From Oscillospiraceae bacterium (GTDB lineage: Bacteria > Bacillota > Clostridia > Oscillospirales > UBA929): a DNA stretch of 64,000 nt. Shown in pieces: positions 26,340 through 35,914 of the stretch; the stretch's first letter is position 1, and every line of letters begins with the position of its first letter. The notes beneath the pieces are model-generated. The model ran no database searches. It was not told the origin of the DNA and worked only from the letters and a program-made list of their open reading frames with translations. The stretch is taken from positions 270-64,269 of the forward strand of contig JAVBOR010000018.1 of NCBI GenBank assembly GCA_031550325.1. Direction: 5' to 3'. Made by a program: the position numbers and the translations under genes.

Positions 26340-28580
26340 TTATTTGGTGACGGTGAAGGAGAAGACGTAGCTCGGGAACAGTTCGGCAAACTTGACGCCC
26401 TTGACAACGATCTTCTGTCCGGCGGCAAGAGAGTCGTACGCAACGGGAACCACGAGCGTGTTTTCCTGCTCGACGGTGGCGCTGTATACGGACGAGCCGA
26501 TGGTCACGGCGCCCGCAAACGCTGTTTTGCTGGAGATCTGCGCGTTGAAGCGGATGTTCAGCTGGCCGCTCTCGCTTCCGAAAGCAGTGGCCACCCAGAG
26601 ATCTTCGCTGTACTCCACGACAGTGATGTCGCAGGAGGAAGCATTGCCGTTTTCGCCGACGACGAGCTTGTATGTGCCGGCAGCGGGGGCGGCGGGGATG
26701 TTCAGGCGGATTTTGCCCTCGGAGGCGCTGACGATATTGCCCAGTCTGACGCCGTCAACGTCGAGGAACGCGTCCAGATTGGAGGTGTCCATGTTGTCGG
26801 CGTTATAGGTGATGTTCAGGTTTGCGCCCAGCGTGGCGACAATTTTGGGGGTGGACACGGCGACATCGGTGAGAACCGGGCCGTTGTAAATCGTGGCGCC
26901 TGTTTCCATGTCGCGCTCATACATGGAGAAGAACTCCCACATCTCCTGGGCGATGGGCTTGTAGTTCCAGTGAGCAAAGTTGTGCAAGCCGACGAGGCGG
27001 ATCAGGGGCATGCCGTCTTCGTTCTTCACGTCGCCGACAAGAGCTTCCCTGGTGCCGATCGTGGTCCATCTCTGTCCGTCCAGCGAGAGGCCGTAGTATC
27101 TGTTGAGGCTCAGATCAGCGGCCGCGCTCATGGGCAGGAAGTTCAGGGTCTGATAGGCCTTGATCTGGTTGAACAGGCTGCCGACCGGGATGGGTCTGTA
27201 GACGTCTCTGTCGCCGGCGCTAATGAACACGGGCAGGAACTGTCCTTCTTTTTTGTTGGCTTCGGCGACCACGATGTTGTTGGCAGAGCCGCCGACCGGG
27301 GCAGTGCCGCCTACGGCGGTGAGGATAGCGGCGTTTCTAAAGCCGTAGTTCAGGCTGCTGTTGGCGCCGGCGGACAGACCGCACATATACACCCTGCCGG
27401 GGTTGATCTGCGGGTATTTTTCCTGCAGGTGAGCGATCAGCGTCATGGTGCCGGCTTCGCCGAGCGCCGTGAAGGTGCCGCTGCCGCTGCCCTGCCACTC
27501 GGCAGAGACGGCGATGAAGCCATACTTGGCGGCCAGCTCAACCCAACCCGAGGTCTCCGGCTGGGTGCGGTTGTCGTTGCCGTTGCCGTGCATGAGCATC
27601 ACGAGCGGAACGGACTTCGCGGGCATATCCTTGGCGCTCAGGGGGATATACTCCTGCCACAGATTGTTGTTGTCTCCGCCGATGAGGTTCTGCTGCACGG
27701 CGGTAAACTCGATGCCGAGCGCGTCGAACATGGGATAAGAAACCAGTTCATAGGGCTCGGGGTAGTTCAGGGGGTTGGAGGTGTAGAACTCCTCGAGGTA
27801 GTTGTGGGTGCGGTAGTTTTTGCAGAAAATGTTCGCCCAGGCCTTTTCAAAGGCCACGGCCAGCGAGTCCTCTGCGCCGCCGACGGCGACGTTCTGGAAG
27901 GGCTCCGCGGAGTTGCTGTAAACGGTGACGCCGTCCAGGACGGTCTGCGTGTCGGTCGCGTTGGCGTTCTTGTAGTAGTCAACAAGGCCGGCGGCTCCGC
28001 CGGAAATATAGGCGGGGATGGGCTTTTCATAGGTCAAGCCTTCTTGGAGGTTGCCGCCGTAAGTCATAATGCCGGCAACCGGCCAGCTGTTCTGGCTGAC
28101 GTAGTTGTTGACAAAATCAGCGCCCTCGCCGATGCCGATGAACTTGATGTTGGTGCCGTTACCCGGCATGGCGTACCGAAGGATCTGCAGGTAGACTTCC
28201 TTGTCGGCTTCGCCGAAGGCGTCTCCCACGGGGTTGATGATGTACGCGTTGGTGGTGTATGTCTGTAAATGCGAGAAAATACCCATCTCGGCAAGCAGGT
28301 CATAGGCTTCCTGCTCGGTGTATTTTCCATCGCCGTAAATGTAATAGGAAGGCACGGTGCCGGGATAGCGGCCGGAGGGGGTGTTCAGGGCAGACGCGTT
28401 ATACCGGTAGATGGTTGTGTCGGTGATGTTGGGCAGAACGCCGAAGGTGACGCCTACGGGCAGTTCATATGCCGCAGCGTCTCCGCCCGAGGCAGCCGTG
28501 ACGGGCTGGGCGGAAAGCGTCAGAACAAACACTGCCAGAAGTGCTAGAGCCCATACTCTCATTTTCAAATTGGTCTTCAT
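26340..28580 (-). CDS. Secreted multidomain esterase (PHB depolymerase/LpqC-like alpha/beta hydrolase)
   Basis: Signal peptide; MHGNG, GLSAG (Ser), AGDRD (Asp), FAHW (His); C-terminal beta-rich domains. Confidence 0.8.
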   Translation of the reverse strand: MKTNLKMRVWALALLAVFVLTLSAQPVTAASGGDAAAYELPVGVTFGVLPNITDTTIYRYNASALNTPSGRYPGTVPSYYIYGDGKYTEQEAYDLLAEMGIFSHLQTYTTNAYIINPVGDAFGEADKEVYLQILRYAMPGNGTNIKFIGIGEGADFVNNYVSQNSWPVAGIMTYGGNLQEGLTYEKPIPAYISGGAAGLVDYYKNANATDTQTVLDGVTVYSNSAEPFQNVAVGGAEDSLAVAFEKAWANIFCKNYRTHNYLEEFYTSNPLNYPEPYELVSYPMFDALGIEFTAVQQNLIGGDNNNLWQEYIPLSAKDMPAKSVPLVMLMHGNGNDNRTQPETSGWVELAAKYGFIAVSAEWQGSGSGTFTALGEAGTMTLIAHLQEKYPQINPGRVYMCGLSAGANSSLNYGFRNAAILTAVGGTAPVGGSANNIVVAEANKKEGQFLPVFISAGDRDVYRPIPVGSLFNQIKAYQTLNFLPMSAAADLSLNRYYGLSLDGQRWTTIGTREALVGDVKNEDGMPLIRLVGLHNFAHWNYKPIAQEMWEFFSMYERDMETGATIYNGPVLTDVAVSTPKIVATLGANLNITYNADNMDTSNLDAFLDVDGVRLGNIVSASEGKIRLNIPAAPAAGTYKLVVGENGNASSCDITVVEYSEDLWVATAFGSESGQLNIRFNAQISSKTAFAGAVTIGSSVYSATVEQENTLVVPVAYDSLAAGQKIVVKGVKFAELFPSYVFSFTVTK

Positions 28581-29280
28581 CTGTTTTCTCCTCCTAAACT
28601 AATCTTGAGCGTGTTTTCGGGACTGTTGGCGGGTGTCCAGTCACCTCCTTAGTTCATAGCACCCATGTATACCAATACCATTCTTCCCTGCGCATACGGA
28701 CATCTATCTTTACTTTTCGCAGGCTGTTTTTACGCTCCGGCTTGAGCGGCCGGAGCAGGGCTTGTCAGGTTTTCTCTTGCGGGGCGGCTGCATACTCTGA
28801 GTCTTTATTAGCCGCGCCGAGGCACAACCAACCAACGCAAAACCTAGATGGTGGTGCGGCCGTCCCCGGGCGACTTGACGCCCGGATAGACCACATCCAA
28901 CGCAGTTTCGCACGTGCGCGGCTCTTTTTGACATGGGGTTTCCGCCGGGGCGGCAGTGTGGGAGTGCGGTTCCTTTCGCAATGGTTTTTTTGGTGACTTT
29001 TGATAAATTATAGCATATGGCTCAATAAAATACCAGCGGTTTTGTTAAAAAGGCAAAAAAGTACAGATAATGGCGACGACGGTGCGGCATGACCGTAATC
29101 GTTTGAAAGTACAATTTTTCCGTACAATACACCCAAAGCGCCGTTCTCCATTCCGTGCCGATAACAGAACGCGCGCGGCGGCGTGTCCGCCAAAAGGGAG
29201 GCGCTTGGAAAAATGAGGAAAAAGCGGGGCGTCCGGACTGAAGCGACGATGAATAATATGCATTCGTTGCGCAAGCGCAG

Positions 29281-29366
29281 TGTGGCTAAATCTTTATCGG
29301 CTTTCGGTGAGGCAGGAATCTGCCGGCAGCGCCGTCAGGCTCGACGCAAAAACCAATAAAGCCACG
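29281..29366 (+). repeat. Modular hairpin element, S module only
   Basis: CTTTATCGGCTTT...ATCTGCCGGCAGCGCCGTCAGGCTCGACGCAAAAACCAATAAAG. Confidence 0.8.
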
Positions 29367-29477
29367 GTCGCGGTGGGCCTATTTGAGAATGAACAAGAAA
29401 ATTTAGCTGATTTCCCGGTTTGTTAACACATTATTCATATTAATCTGATATCCTGAGATTTATCTTTTGGTTAGGAT

Positions 29478-32093
29478 GTGTTTCGGGTGCTTGTATTAAA
29501 AAACGTCGTCAAAGATTATGTTATGGGGGACCTAAAGGTCGAGGCGCTCAGAGGCATCGATTTGGCATTTCGGAAAAATGAGTTTGTATCTGTCCTCGGG
29601 CCTTCGGGATGCGGGAAAACCACGCTGCTCAACATCATCGGCGGACTGGACCGCTACAGCAGCGGAGACCTTTCGGTCAACGGCGTTTCCACCAAGAAGT
29701 ACAAGGACGGGGACTGGGACACCTATCGCAACCACTCCATAGGCTTTGTGTTTCAAACCTACAACCTGATCATGCATCAGACCGTATTGTCCAACGTAGA
29801 GCTTGCGCTTACGCTCTCCGGGGTTTCCAAATCAGAGCGCCGCAAGCGGGCAATCAACGCGCTCAAGCAGGTTGGACTTGGGGATCAGTTGGACAAGAAG
29901 CCCAATCAGGTCTCGGGCGGGCAGATGCAGCGCGTGGCCATCGCGCGGGCGCTGGTCAACAACCCGGAGATCCTGCTGGCAGACGAGCCGACCGGCGCGC
30001 TTGACTCGGAAACAAGCCTGCAGATCATGGAGATCCTCAAGGAGATCGCCAAGGACCGTCTGGTCATCATGGTCACGCACAATCCCGACATCGCCGAAAT
30101 GTACTCCACCCGCATCATCCGGCTGCTGGACGGCCTGGTCACTGACGACTCAAACCCCTATGCGATGGAGACTGAAATAGCCGCGCCCGCGTACCGGAAG
30201 CGGAAAAAGCCGCCCATGTCCTTTTTCACGGCGCTTTCGCTGAGCCTGAACAACCTGATGACCAAAAAGGCGCGCACGTTTTTGACCGCCTTTGCCGGCA
30301 GCATCGGCATCATCGGTATCGCGATGATCCTCGCGCTTTCCACCGGCGTGCAGGACTACATCGCCCGCGTAGAGGAGGACACGCTCTCCAGCTACCCGAT
30401 TTCCATCCAGAAGACCTCGCTGGACATCGGCGCGATGCTGAGCGCTGCGTCGGGGATGCGCACTGACGATGTCACACACGAGCTCGACAAGGTGTACTCC
30501 AACGATATCATGGGCAAGATGCTGTCCACGATGCTCTCGGAGCTGTCCACCAACGACCTGCAGGCCTTTAAGGCCTTTCTGGACAGTGAGGACAGCGGCA
30601 TGGCCGAGCTTGTCAATGATATACAGTACGGCTACGGCACGCAGATGAACATATACGCCTCAGACACGTCGGACGGCATTTTGCAGATTAACCCCAACTC
30701 GGTGTTCAAGGCGCTGGGTTTCTCGGGCGTCGGGGCAGCTTCGGCGTCCGGCGGGATGATGGCCGGGCTGAGCGGAATGGGCTCGATGTCGGGCTCAAAC
30801 GTCTGGCAGGAAATGCTGGGAAACAGTGATGTGCTGGCCGCGCAGTACGAGGTGATTGCCGGGCGGATGCCGGACGGCTACAATGAGGTTGTAATCATCG
30901 TGGATGAAAACAACGAGATTACCGACTTCACGCTGTACTCGCTCGGCCTGAAAGACCCCGAAGAGCTTGTGGACATGATGAAAACCCTCAGAGAGGGCGG
31001 GGAAGTCGAGACGCAGCAGACGGATTATAGCTATGACGAGCTCCTCTCCCTCACCTTCAAGCTGGTGCTGAACACCGATTACTACGAACGCACCGAGGAT
31101 ACCTGGGGCAGCCACAGCGAAAACGAGGCGTTTATGAAGAACGTCATTGATAACGCGACGACTGTCAAGGTCGTCGGAGTCCTGCGCCCTGCCGGAAACG
31201 CCGCGGTGGCCAACGTCAGTGGCGCCGTGGGCTACACTACGGGGCTGATGACGCACCTCATTAACGAAGTGAACAACAGCGAGATTGTCCGGCAGCAGAA
31301 GGAGCATCCCGAAACCGACGTGTTTACCGGAAAGCCGTTTGCCACCGGCGAGGAGGAGCAGGCCGAGTTTGACATCACCACGCTGCCGGAGGAGCAGCAG
31401 GCCTATCTGCAGACGCTGGACGAGGACGAGCTCAAAACGCTCCTGGAGAGCTATTCGGTCACCTCAAAGGCCACGTATGAGGAAAACCTGCAAAAGCTGG
31501 GCGCATCTGCTCTCGACAACCCCGACAGCATTAGCATTTTCCCCAGGGACTTTGAGTCCAAGGACCAGATCACCACGATCATCAACGACTACAATAAGCG
31601 CGTGACGGACGAGGACAAAGAGGAGATGGTCATTCAGTATACCGACCTTGTCGGCCTGATGATGTCCTCAGTCAGCACAATTATTAACGCCATCAGCTAT
31701 GTGCTCATCGCGTTTGTGTCCATCTCGCTCGTCGTATCCTCGATCATGATCGGCATCATCACCTATATCTCCGTGCTGGAGCGCACAAAGGAAATCGGCA
31801 TTCTGCGCAGCATTGGCGCGTCGAAAAAGGATATCTCCAGCGTGTTTAACGCCGAAACGCTCATTGTCGGGTTTGTGTCCGGCGTGCTGGGCATCGGGGT
31901 GACGCTGTTGCTGTGTATCCCCGCGAACCTGATTATTCATGCGCTGACCGATATTTCCGGCGTGGCCGCGCTGCCCATGGCGGGCGCAGTAATCCTCGTG
32001 GCCATCAGCATGGCGCTGACGTTTATCGCGGGGCTGATTCCCTCCCGGATCGCTGCCAAAAAGGATCCCGTGGTTGCGCTCAGAACCGAGTAA
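29478..32093 (+). CDS. MacB-like fused ABC transporter ATPase/FtsX permease
   Basis: GPSGCGKT, VSGGQ, LADEPTG, ERTKEIGILRSIG, PVVALR; exact start uncertain. Confidence 0.93.
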   Translation: MFRVLVLKNVVKDYVMGDLKVEALRGIDLAFRKNEFVSVLGPSGCGKTTLLNIIGGLDRYSSGDLSVNGVSTKKYKDGDWDTYRNHSIGFVFQTYNLIMHQTVLSNVELALTLSGVSKSERRKRAINALKQVGLGDQLDKKPNQVSGGQMQRVAIARALVNNPEILLADEPTGALDSETSLQIMEILKEIAKDRLVIMVTHNPDIAEMYSTRIIRLLDGLVTDDSNPYAMETEIAAPAYRKRKKPPMSFFTALSLSLNNLMTKKARTFLTAFAGSIGIIGIAMILALSTGVQDYIARVEEDTLSSYPISIQKTSLDIGAMLSAASGMRTDDVTHELDKVYSNDIMGKMLSTMLSELSTNDLQAFKAFLDSEDSGMAELVNDIQYGYGTQMNIYASDTSDGILQINPNSVFKALGFSGVGAASASGGMMAGLSGMGSMSGSNVWQEMLGNSDVLAAQYEVIAGRMPDGYNEVVIIVDENNEITDFTLYSLGLKDPEELVDMMKTLREGGEVETQQTDYSYDELLSLTFKLVLNTDYYERTEDTWGSHSENEAFMKNVIDNATTVKVVGVLRPAGNAAVANVSGAVGYTTGLMTHLINEVNNSEIVRQQKEHPETDVFTGKPFATGEEEQAEFDITTLPEEQQAYLQTLDEDELKTLLESYSVTSKATYEENLQKLGASALDNPDSISIFPRDFESKDQITTIINDYNKRVTDEDKEEMVIQYTDLVGLMMSSVSTIINAISYVLIAFVSISLVVSSIMIGIITYISVLERTKEIGILRSIGASKKDISSVFNAETLIVGFVSGVLGIGVTLLLCIPANLIIHALTDISGVAALPMAGAVILVAISMALTFIAGLIPSRIAAKKDPVVALRTE

Positions 32094-32144
32094 GCCTGTA
32101 TCAGGGCGCAGCCTGAAGAATCAGTCGCGCTCCCGTGCTTCGGA

Positions 32145-32340
32145 GGGATTGCGTCGCGCCAAAGAAGCCGCCGGGGTCCCCCTGCTGAACTGAAACTGCA
32201 AAGGATTTGTCCACAAGGCCCTCCGGATTCATTCCGAGAGGGCCTTTCGCTGCAAGTCGTCTCAACTGGTTAATCCGACCCGCGCTTTGTCAAAGTGCCG
32301 ACGGTTCTTTGGAGGCCCGGCGCGTCTTCGCAAAGACGCG
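32145..32340 (-). repeat. Degenerate full copy of the hairpin element (S-Q-R-P on the plus strand) plus T hairpin
   Basis: Q variant AAGGCCCTCCGGATTCATTCCGAGAGGGCCTT (32215-32246); TGTCAAAG...GGTTCTTTGG; CGCGTCTTCGCAAAGACGCG. Confidence 0.75.
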
Positions 32341-32479
32341 TTTCTTCGTTTTTTGCCGTGGGGTCGCAGTTGTTTTGTCCAAATAGGGCCTGCATTTGGC
32401 TTTACAACCGCTCCGCCGCGAGCTATAATAAACTGATAGAGACTGCGTGTCGAAATATGAGGATATGGAATGGTGATGG

Positions 32480-33694
32480 TTGTTGGAGGATAAACCGCTG
32501 TGGTCAAAGGACTACATACTCGTTTTGCTGGCCATTTTATTTGCGTCGCTGGCCAATGGCGCGCTGATCGTGATTCTGCCCGTGTACATCATCCAACTTG
32601 GAGGCAACAACGCGCTGACGGGACTCATGATGGCTGGCATGACCCTGGCGGGCATGATGGCGAAGCTCATCGCCGGGCCGCTGATTGACCGCGTGGGAAG
32701 AAAGAAAATTTTGGTGCTCGGCAGCTCGACGTTTGCGATAAACGCCATTTTGTATTGTTTTGTCATGACCATCCCCGGGCTGTTTGTGCTGAGGATCCTT
32801 AACGGCATTACACAGGGGATCTACTTCCCGGTGCCGCCGACGATCGTCGCCGACCTTGCTCCAAAGGGCAGGCTGGTGGAGGGCTTGGGGTATTTCGGCA
32901 TTCCTCCGGCGCTGGGCACCGGCATAGGGCCCGTGGCGGGTATGTGGGTTTACGAAAGGTTTGGAGTCGGCGCGCTGTTTGCGACGCTGGCGGTTCTTTC
33001 GGTGATTTCCTTTGTCATTACCCTGTTTGTGAAAGAAAAGTACAAGCGGGATGAGCCGCAGAGCGCACCAATCCCCGAGGACATTGGCCCTCAAAAGCGC
33101 CGTTTGAAGCTCTCGACCATTGTTGAACTGTCGGTTATTCTTCCGGCCATGGTGATCCTCTTTATCTCTCTCGGCAACAGCGCGATCATGAACTTTCTCT
33201 TGCCGTTTGGAATCGAAAGAGGCATTGCCAACATCAGCGTATTCTTCCTGATTAACAACATCGTTGTGGTCATCACTCGTCTGGGAACACCCAGGCTTAC
33301 ACGCAAGTTCGGCATATTGAGACTGATTACCGTGGGAGGCGTCTGCATCGTCTCCTCAACGCTGCTCATTGCGTTTTCGCACCATATCGCCATGGTGATT
33401 GCCGCCAGCGTGCTGTTTGGGGTGGGCGTCTCCACCACCATACAGCTTTTGCAGGTGATCACGCTGGGGATGGTGCCGGAAAACAAAAGAGGTGTCGCGA
33501 ATACAACCTGGATGCTGTTGTTTGATATTGGAGTTGGTCTTGGCGCTACGGTCTGGGGCGCCTCGACAGTCTATGGCGGCTACACCATCACCTATGCCCT
33601 GTCGGCCCTGACCGTATTGCTTTCCGTTGTCCTCCACGTCACGCTTTTGATTCCCAAACATAAAAAGAACATGCTCACAGAGAGCAGCCTATAG
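32480..33694 (+). CDS. MFS transporter
   Basis: About 12 TM helices; GPLIDRVGRKK motif A. Confidence 0.92.
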   Translation: MLEDKPLWSKDYILVLLAILFASLANGALIVILPVYIIQLGGNNALTGLMMAGMTLAGMMAKLIAGPLIDRVGRKKILVLGSSTFAINAILYCFVMTIPGLFVLRILNGITQGIYFPVPPTIVADLAPKGRLVEGLGYFGIPPALGTGIGPVAGMWVYERFGVGALFATLAVLSVISFVITLFVKEKYKRDEPQSAPIPEDIGPQKRRLKLSTIVELSVILPAMVILFISLGNSAIMNFLLPFGIERGIANISVFFLINNIVVVITRLGTPRLTRKFGILRLITVGGVCIVSSTLLIAFSHHIAMVIAASVLFGVGVSTTIQLLQVITLGMVPENKRGVANTTWMLLFDIGVGLGATVWGASTVYGGYTITYALSALTVLLSVVLHVTLLIPKHKKNMLTESSL

Positions 33695-33808
33695 TCAGGA
33701 GAGAGAGTCTCACTATGGGTTACAGGTTTTTTGAGCCGACGCGCTTCCGGCCCGTGACGGCATGGGCCGCCGGTAGCCGGAGCGATCAAAAAGAGTGGGG
33801 AGAACCAC

Positions 33809-34645
33809 ATGGCGCTTTTACAAGTAAACTTTATGTCGAAGTCCTTGATGAGGACGGTTCCCATGCAGGTCATTTTGCCCGTGGACAAGGTCACGATGCC
33901 CGGAATGCCCGTGAGAGAGGACAGGCCGTTCAAGACCCTTTACCTGCTCCACGGACTTTTCGGCAATTACACCGACTGGGTGACCAACACAAGAATCCAA
34001 AAATGGGCAGAGGAAAAGAATCTCGCTGTCGTCATGCCCTCGGGAGACAACTCGTTCTACCTTGACAGGCCCGAGCCCTGGAACAATTACGGCGAGTTTG
34101 TCGGCCAGGAGATTGTGGAGGTCACCAGAAAGATGTTTAATCTCTCGCCCGAGAGAGAGGACACTTACATCGCCGGGCTTTCCATGGGCGGGTTCGGGGC
34201 CATCCGGAACGGCCTGAAGTATCATCAGACCTTTGGGTACATCGCCGGCCTTTCCAGCGCGGTTCATATCCTTGAGGATGTGGAGAATATTCCGCCGACC
34301 CGCTCCATCGCTTACGAGGAGAGTCTTTTCGGCCCGCTGAAGGAAGCCGTGCTGACCGACAAAAACCCGAGGGTGATCGTGAACTATATCATAGAAGCGA
34401 TGAAAACTGACCCCGGCGTCCGGTTTCCGAAGCTCTTTCTCGCGTGCGGCACGGACGACGGCCTGATCGGCGTCAACCGCGTCTATCGCGACCTTTTCCG
34501 GGAGAGCGGGATCGAGCTGCTCTATATCGAGCAGCCGGGAGCGCACGACTGGGCTTTCTGGGATGAGATGATTCAAAAGGTGCTGCAGTGGCTTCCTCTG
34601 GAGGGGGCAGTGTCCAGCGTCACCAGCGGAAGCACCAAAGGCTGA
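33809..34645 (+). CDS. Intracellular esterase (acetylesterase/tributyrin esterase-like)
   Basis: LLHGL, GLSMGG, CGTDD, AHDW. Confidence 0.9.
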   Translation: MALLQVNFMSKSLMRTVPMQVILPVDKVTMPGMPVREDRPFKTLYLLHGLFGNYTDWVTNTRIQKWAEEKNLAVVMPSGDNSFYLDRPEPWNNYGEFVGQEIVEVTRKMFNLSPEREDTYIAGLSMGGFGAIRNGLKYHQTFGYIAGLSSAVHILEDVENIPPTRSIAYEESLFGPLKEAVLTDKNPRVIVNYIIEAMKTDPGVRFPKLFLACGTDDGLIGVNRVYRDLFRESGIELLYIEQPGAHDWAFWDEMIQKVLQWLPLEGAVSSVTSGSTKG

Positions 34646-34654
34646 CGCAGGCTT

Positions 34655-34946
34655 TAGACTTGCAAAGAACAGGTTCTTTGACAAAGCGAGAGCAGGATCG
34701 CGTCTTTGCGAAGACGCGCAGAGTAAGGCGTTGCGGAAGTGAATACCGCAACGCCTTGTGATTTGCTCTTTTCAGAAAACAGGCGTCAGGCTCGACGTGG
34801 TTTTGCGCAAAGGAACGAAGAGGCGGACTTTGTTTACAGGCTGAAGGCTTTCACGGATTTACTCCGGGAAAGCCTTTCTCTGCAAACCGCCACAGCGGTT
34901 TGATTCTGCCCCCGCTCTGTCAAAAAACCAAAGGTTCTTGACAGAG
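34655..34946. repeat. Two opposed copies of the hairpin element between convergent genes
   Basis: Plus copy P-T-Q'-S (34655-34845) abuts minus copy P-R-Q (34846-34946), which is nearly identical to 26130-26230. Confidence 0.9.
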
Positions 34947-34948
34947 GC

Positions 34949-35359
34949 TCAGTCATCCTGGGCAAGCGCCAGTTCGCGCCCGATCAGGTCGGCCGCGATC
35001 GCGAACGCCTTGAGCCTGCGCCGCATCAGCGTGTGCTGCGGCGTGCCCTCGGCCAGCTTCGCGTAAGCTTTTTCGCATTTGCCGATTGTCGAATCAATGG
35101 CGCGCAGGGCCTCGCGCAGCTCGCCCTGTCTGTCGGCCCCGGCGCTTTCGCCGACATACTCAAACCGCCTGACGGTCGTATCCCCAACCTCAATCGGGTT
35201 GTCCCACATGGCCAGCGGGCGCACCCAGGTTCCGCGCCGGCCATAGAGGGCCTTGTAGACGACCATGTCCTCAAGCGTTTCACTGTGCGTTGCCGGGCCG
35301 AGAACCTCGTAAAGGCCGCCCTTGTAGTGGCGGTAAATGCCGGGCCGGATGAGGGCCAT
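34949..35359 (-). CDS. DUF1653 domain protein with C-terminal helical extension
   Basis: GIYRHYKGGLYEV...HSETLEDMVVY.ALYG..GTWVRP..MW. Confidence 0.88.
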   Translation of the reverse strand: MALIRPGIYRHYKGGLYEVLGPATHSETLEDMVVYKALYGRRGTWVRPLAMWDNPIEVGDTTVRRFEYVGESAGADRQGELREALRAIDSTIGKCEKAYAKLAEGTPQHTLMRRRLKAFAIAADLIGRELALAQDD

Positions 35360-35361
35360 TT

Positions 35362-35820
35362 TCAGGCCTCCAAATCCGCGAGTTTTCGTTCATAATCCGC
35401 CACGAAGCTCTTTTTGCCCTTCTGGACGACAGTATGCCCCTCGGCCTCCAGATGCTCCCGCTGCCCGTTGGGGTACTTTTCGTTCAGCTCGCCGCCGGCC
35501 TTCAGCATCCTCCACCATGGGATCTTATCGCCCGGCCGCTCCTCGGAGGCGTGAGCGCAGACGTTGGTAAATATTCCCGCCGTGAGAGGGCAGGCGTTGT
35601 CCGCCCCGGCTTTGGCAGCGAGGTGGGCGCGGACACGGTCAACCGTCATCAGTTTTCCATCCGGAATGCGCGACATCACGTCGTTAAACTGCATCGGCGC
35701 GGGAATGAGCATTTTAGCGCCGCCCATGCGCGCCGCGACCTCCGGTTTGTCCGACAGGTCCTTGATCTTTGGCAAATCGCCGGGAGTGTTGAGCCTTTCG
35801 TTACAGGTTTTCTTTGCCAT
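35362..35820 (-). CDS. MGMT-family DNA-binding / alkyltransferase-like (ATL) protein
   Basis: IPDGKLMT...CPLTAG...IPWWRML..GEL; Trp replaces the PCHR active Cys. Confidence 0.78.
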   Translation of the reverse strand: MAKKTCNERLNTPGDLPKIKDLSDKPEVAARMGGAKMLIPAPMQFNDVMSRIPDGKLMTVDRVRAHLAAKAGADNACPLTAGIFTNVCAHASEERPGDKIPWWRMLKAGGELNEKYPNGQREHLEAEGHTVVQKGKKSFVADYERKLADLEA

Positions 35821-35914
35821 GCGCTTACGCCTCACTCTACATTATTTCAGTACACGAGGGCACTTGCTTTGTTCGTCAAAGAGGAAAAGGTTCTTTGGCA
35901 GCCTGTGAACGGCT

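Noticed and set aside
28950-29000. c-di-GMP-I riboswitch on the minus strand (AAACCATTGCGAAAG)
   Set aside because: The downstream GGGACGCAAAGCC and second-stem elements are missing.
33715-33790. Further copy of the S module
   Set aside because: Hairpin-rich, but similarity to the conserved core is too weak to call by eye.
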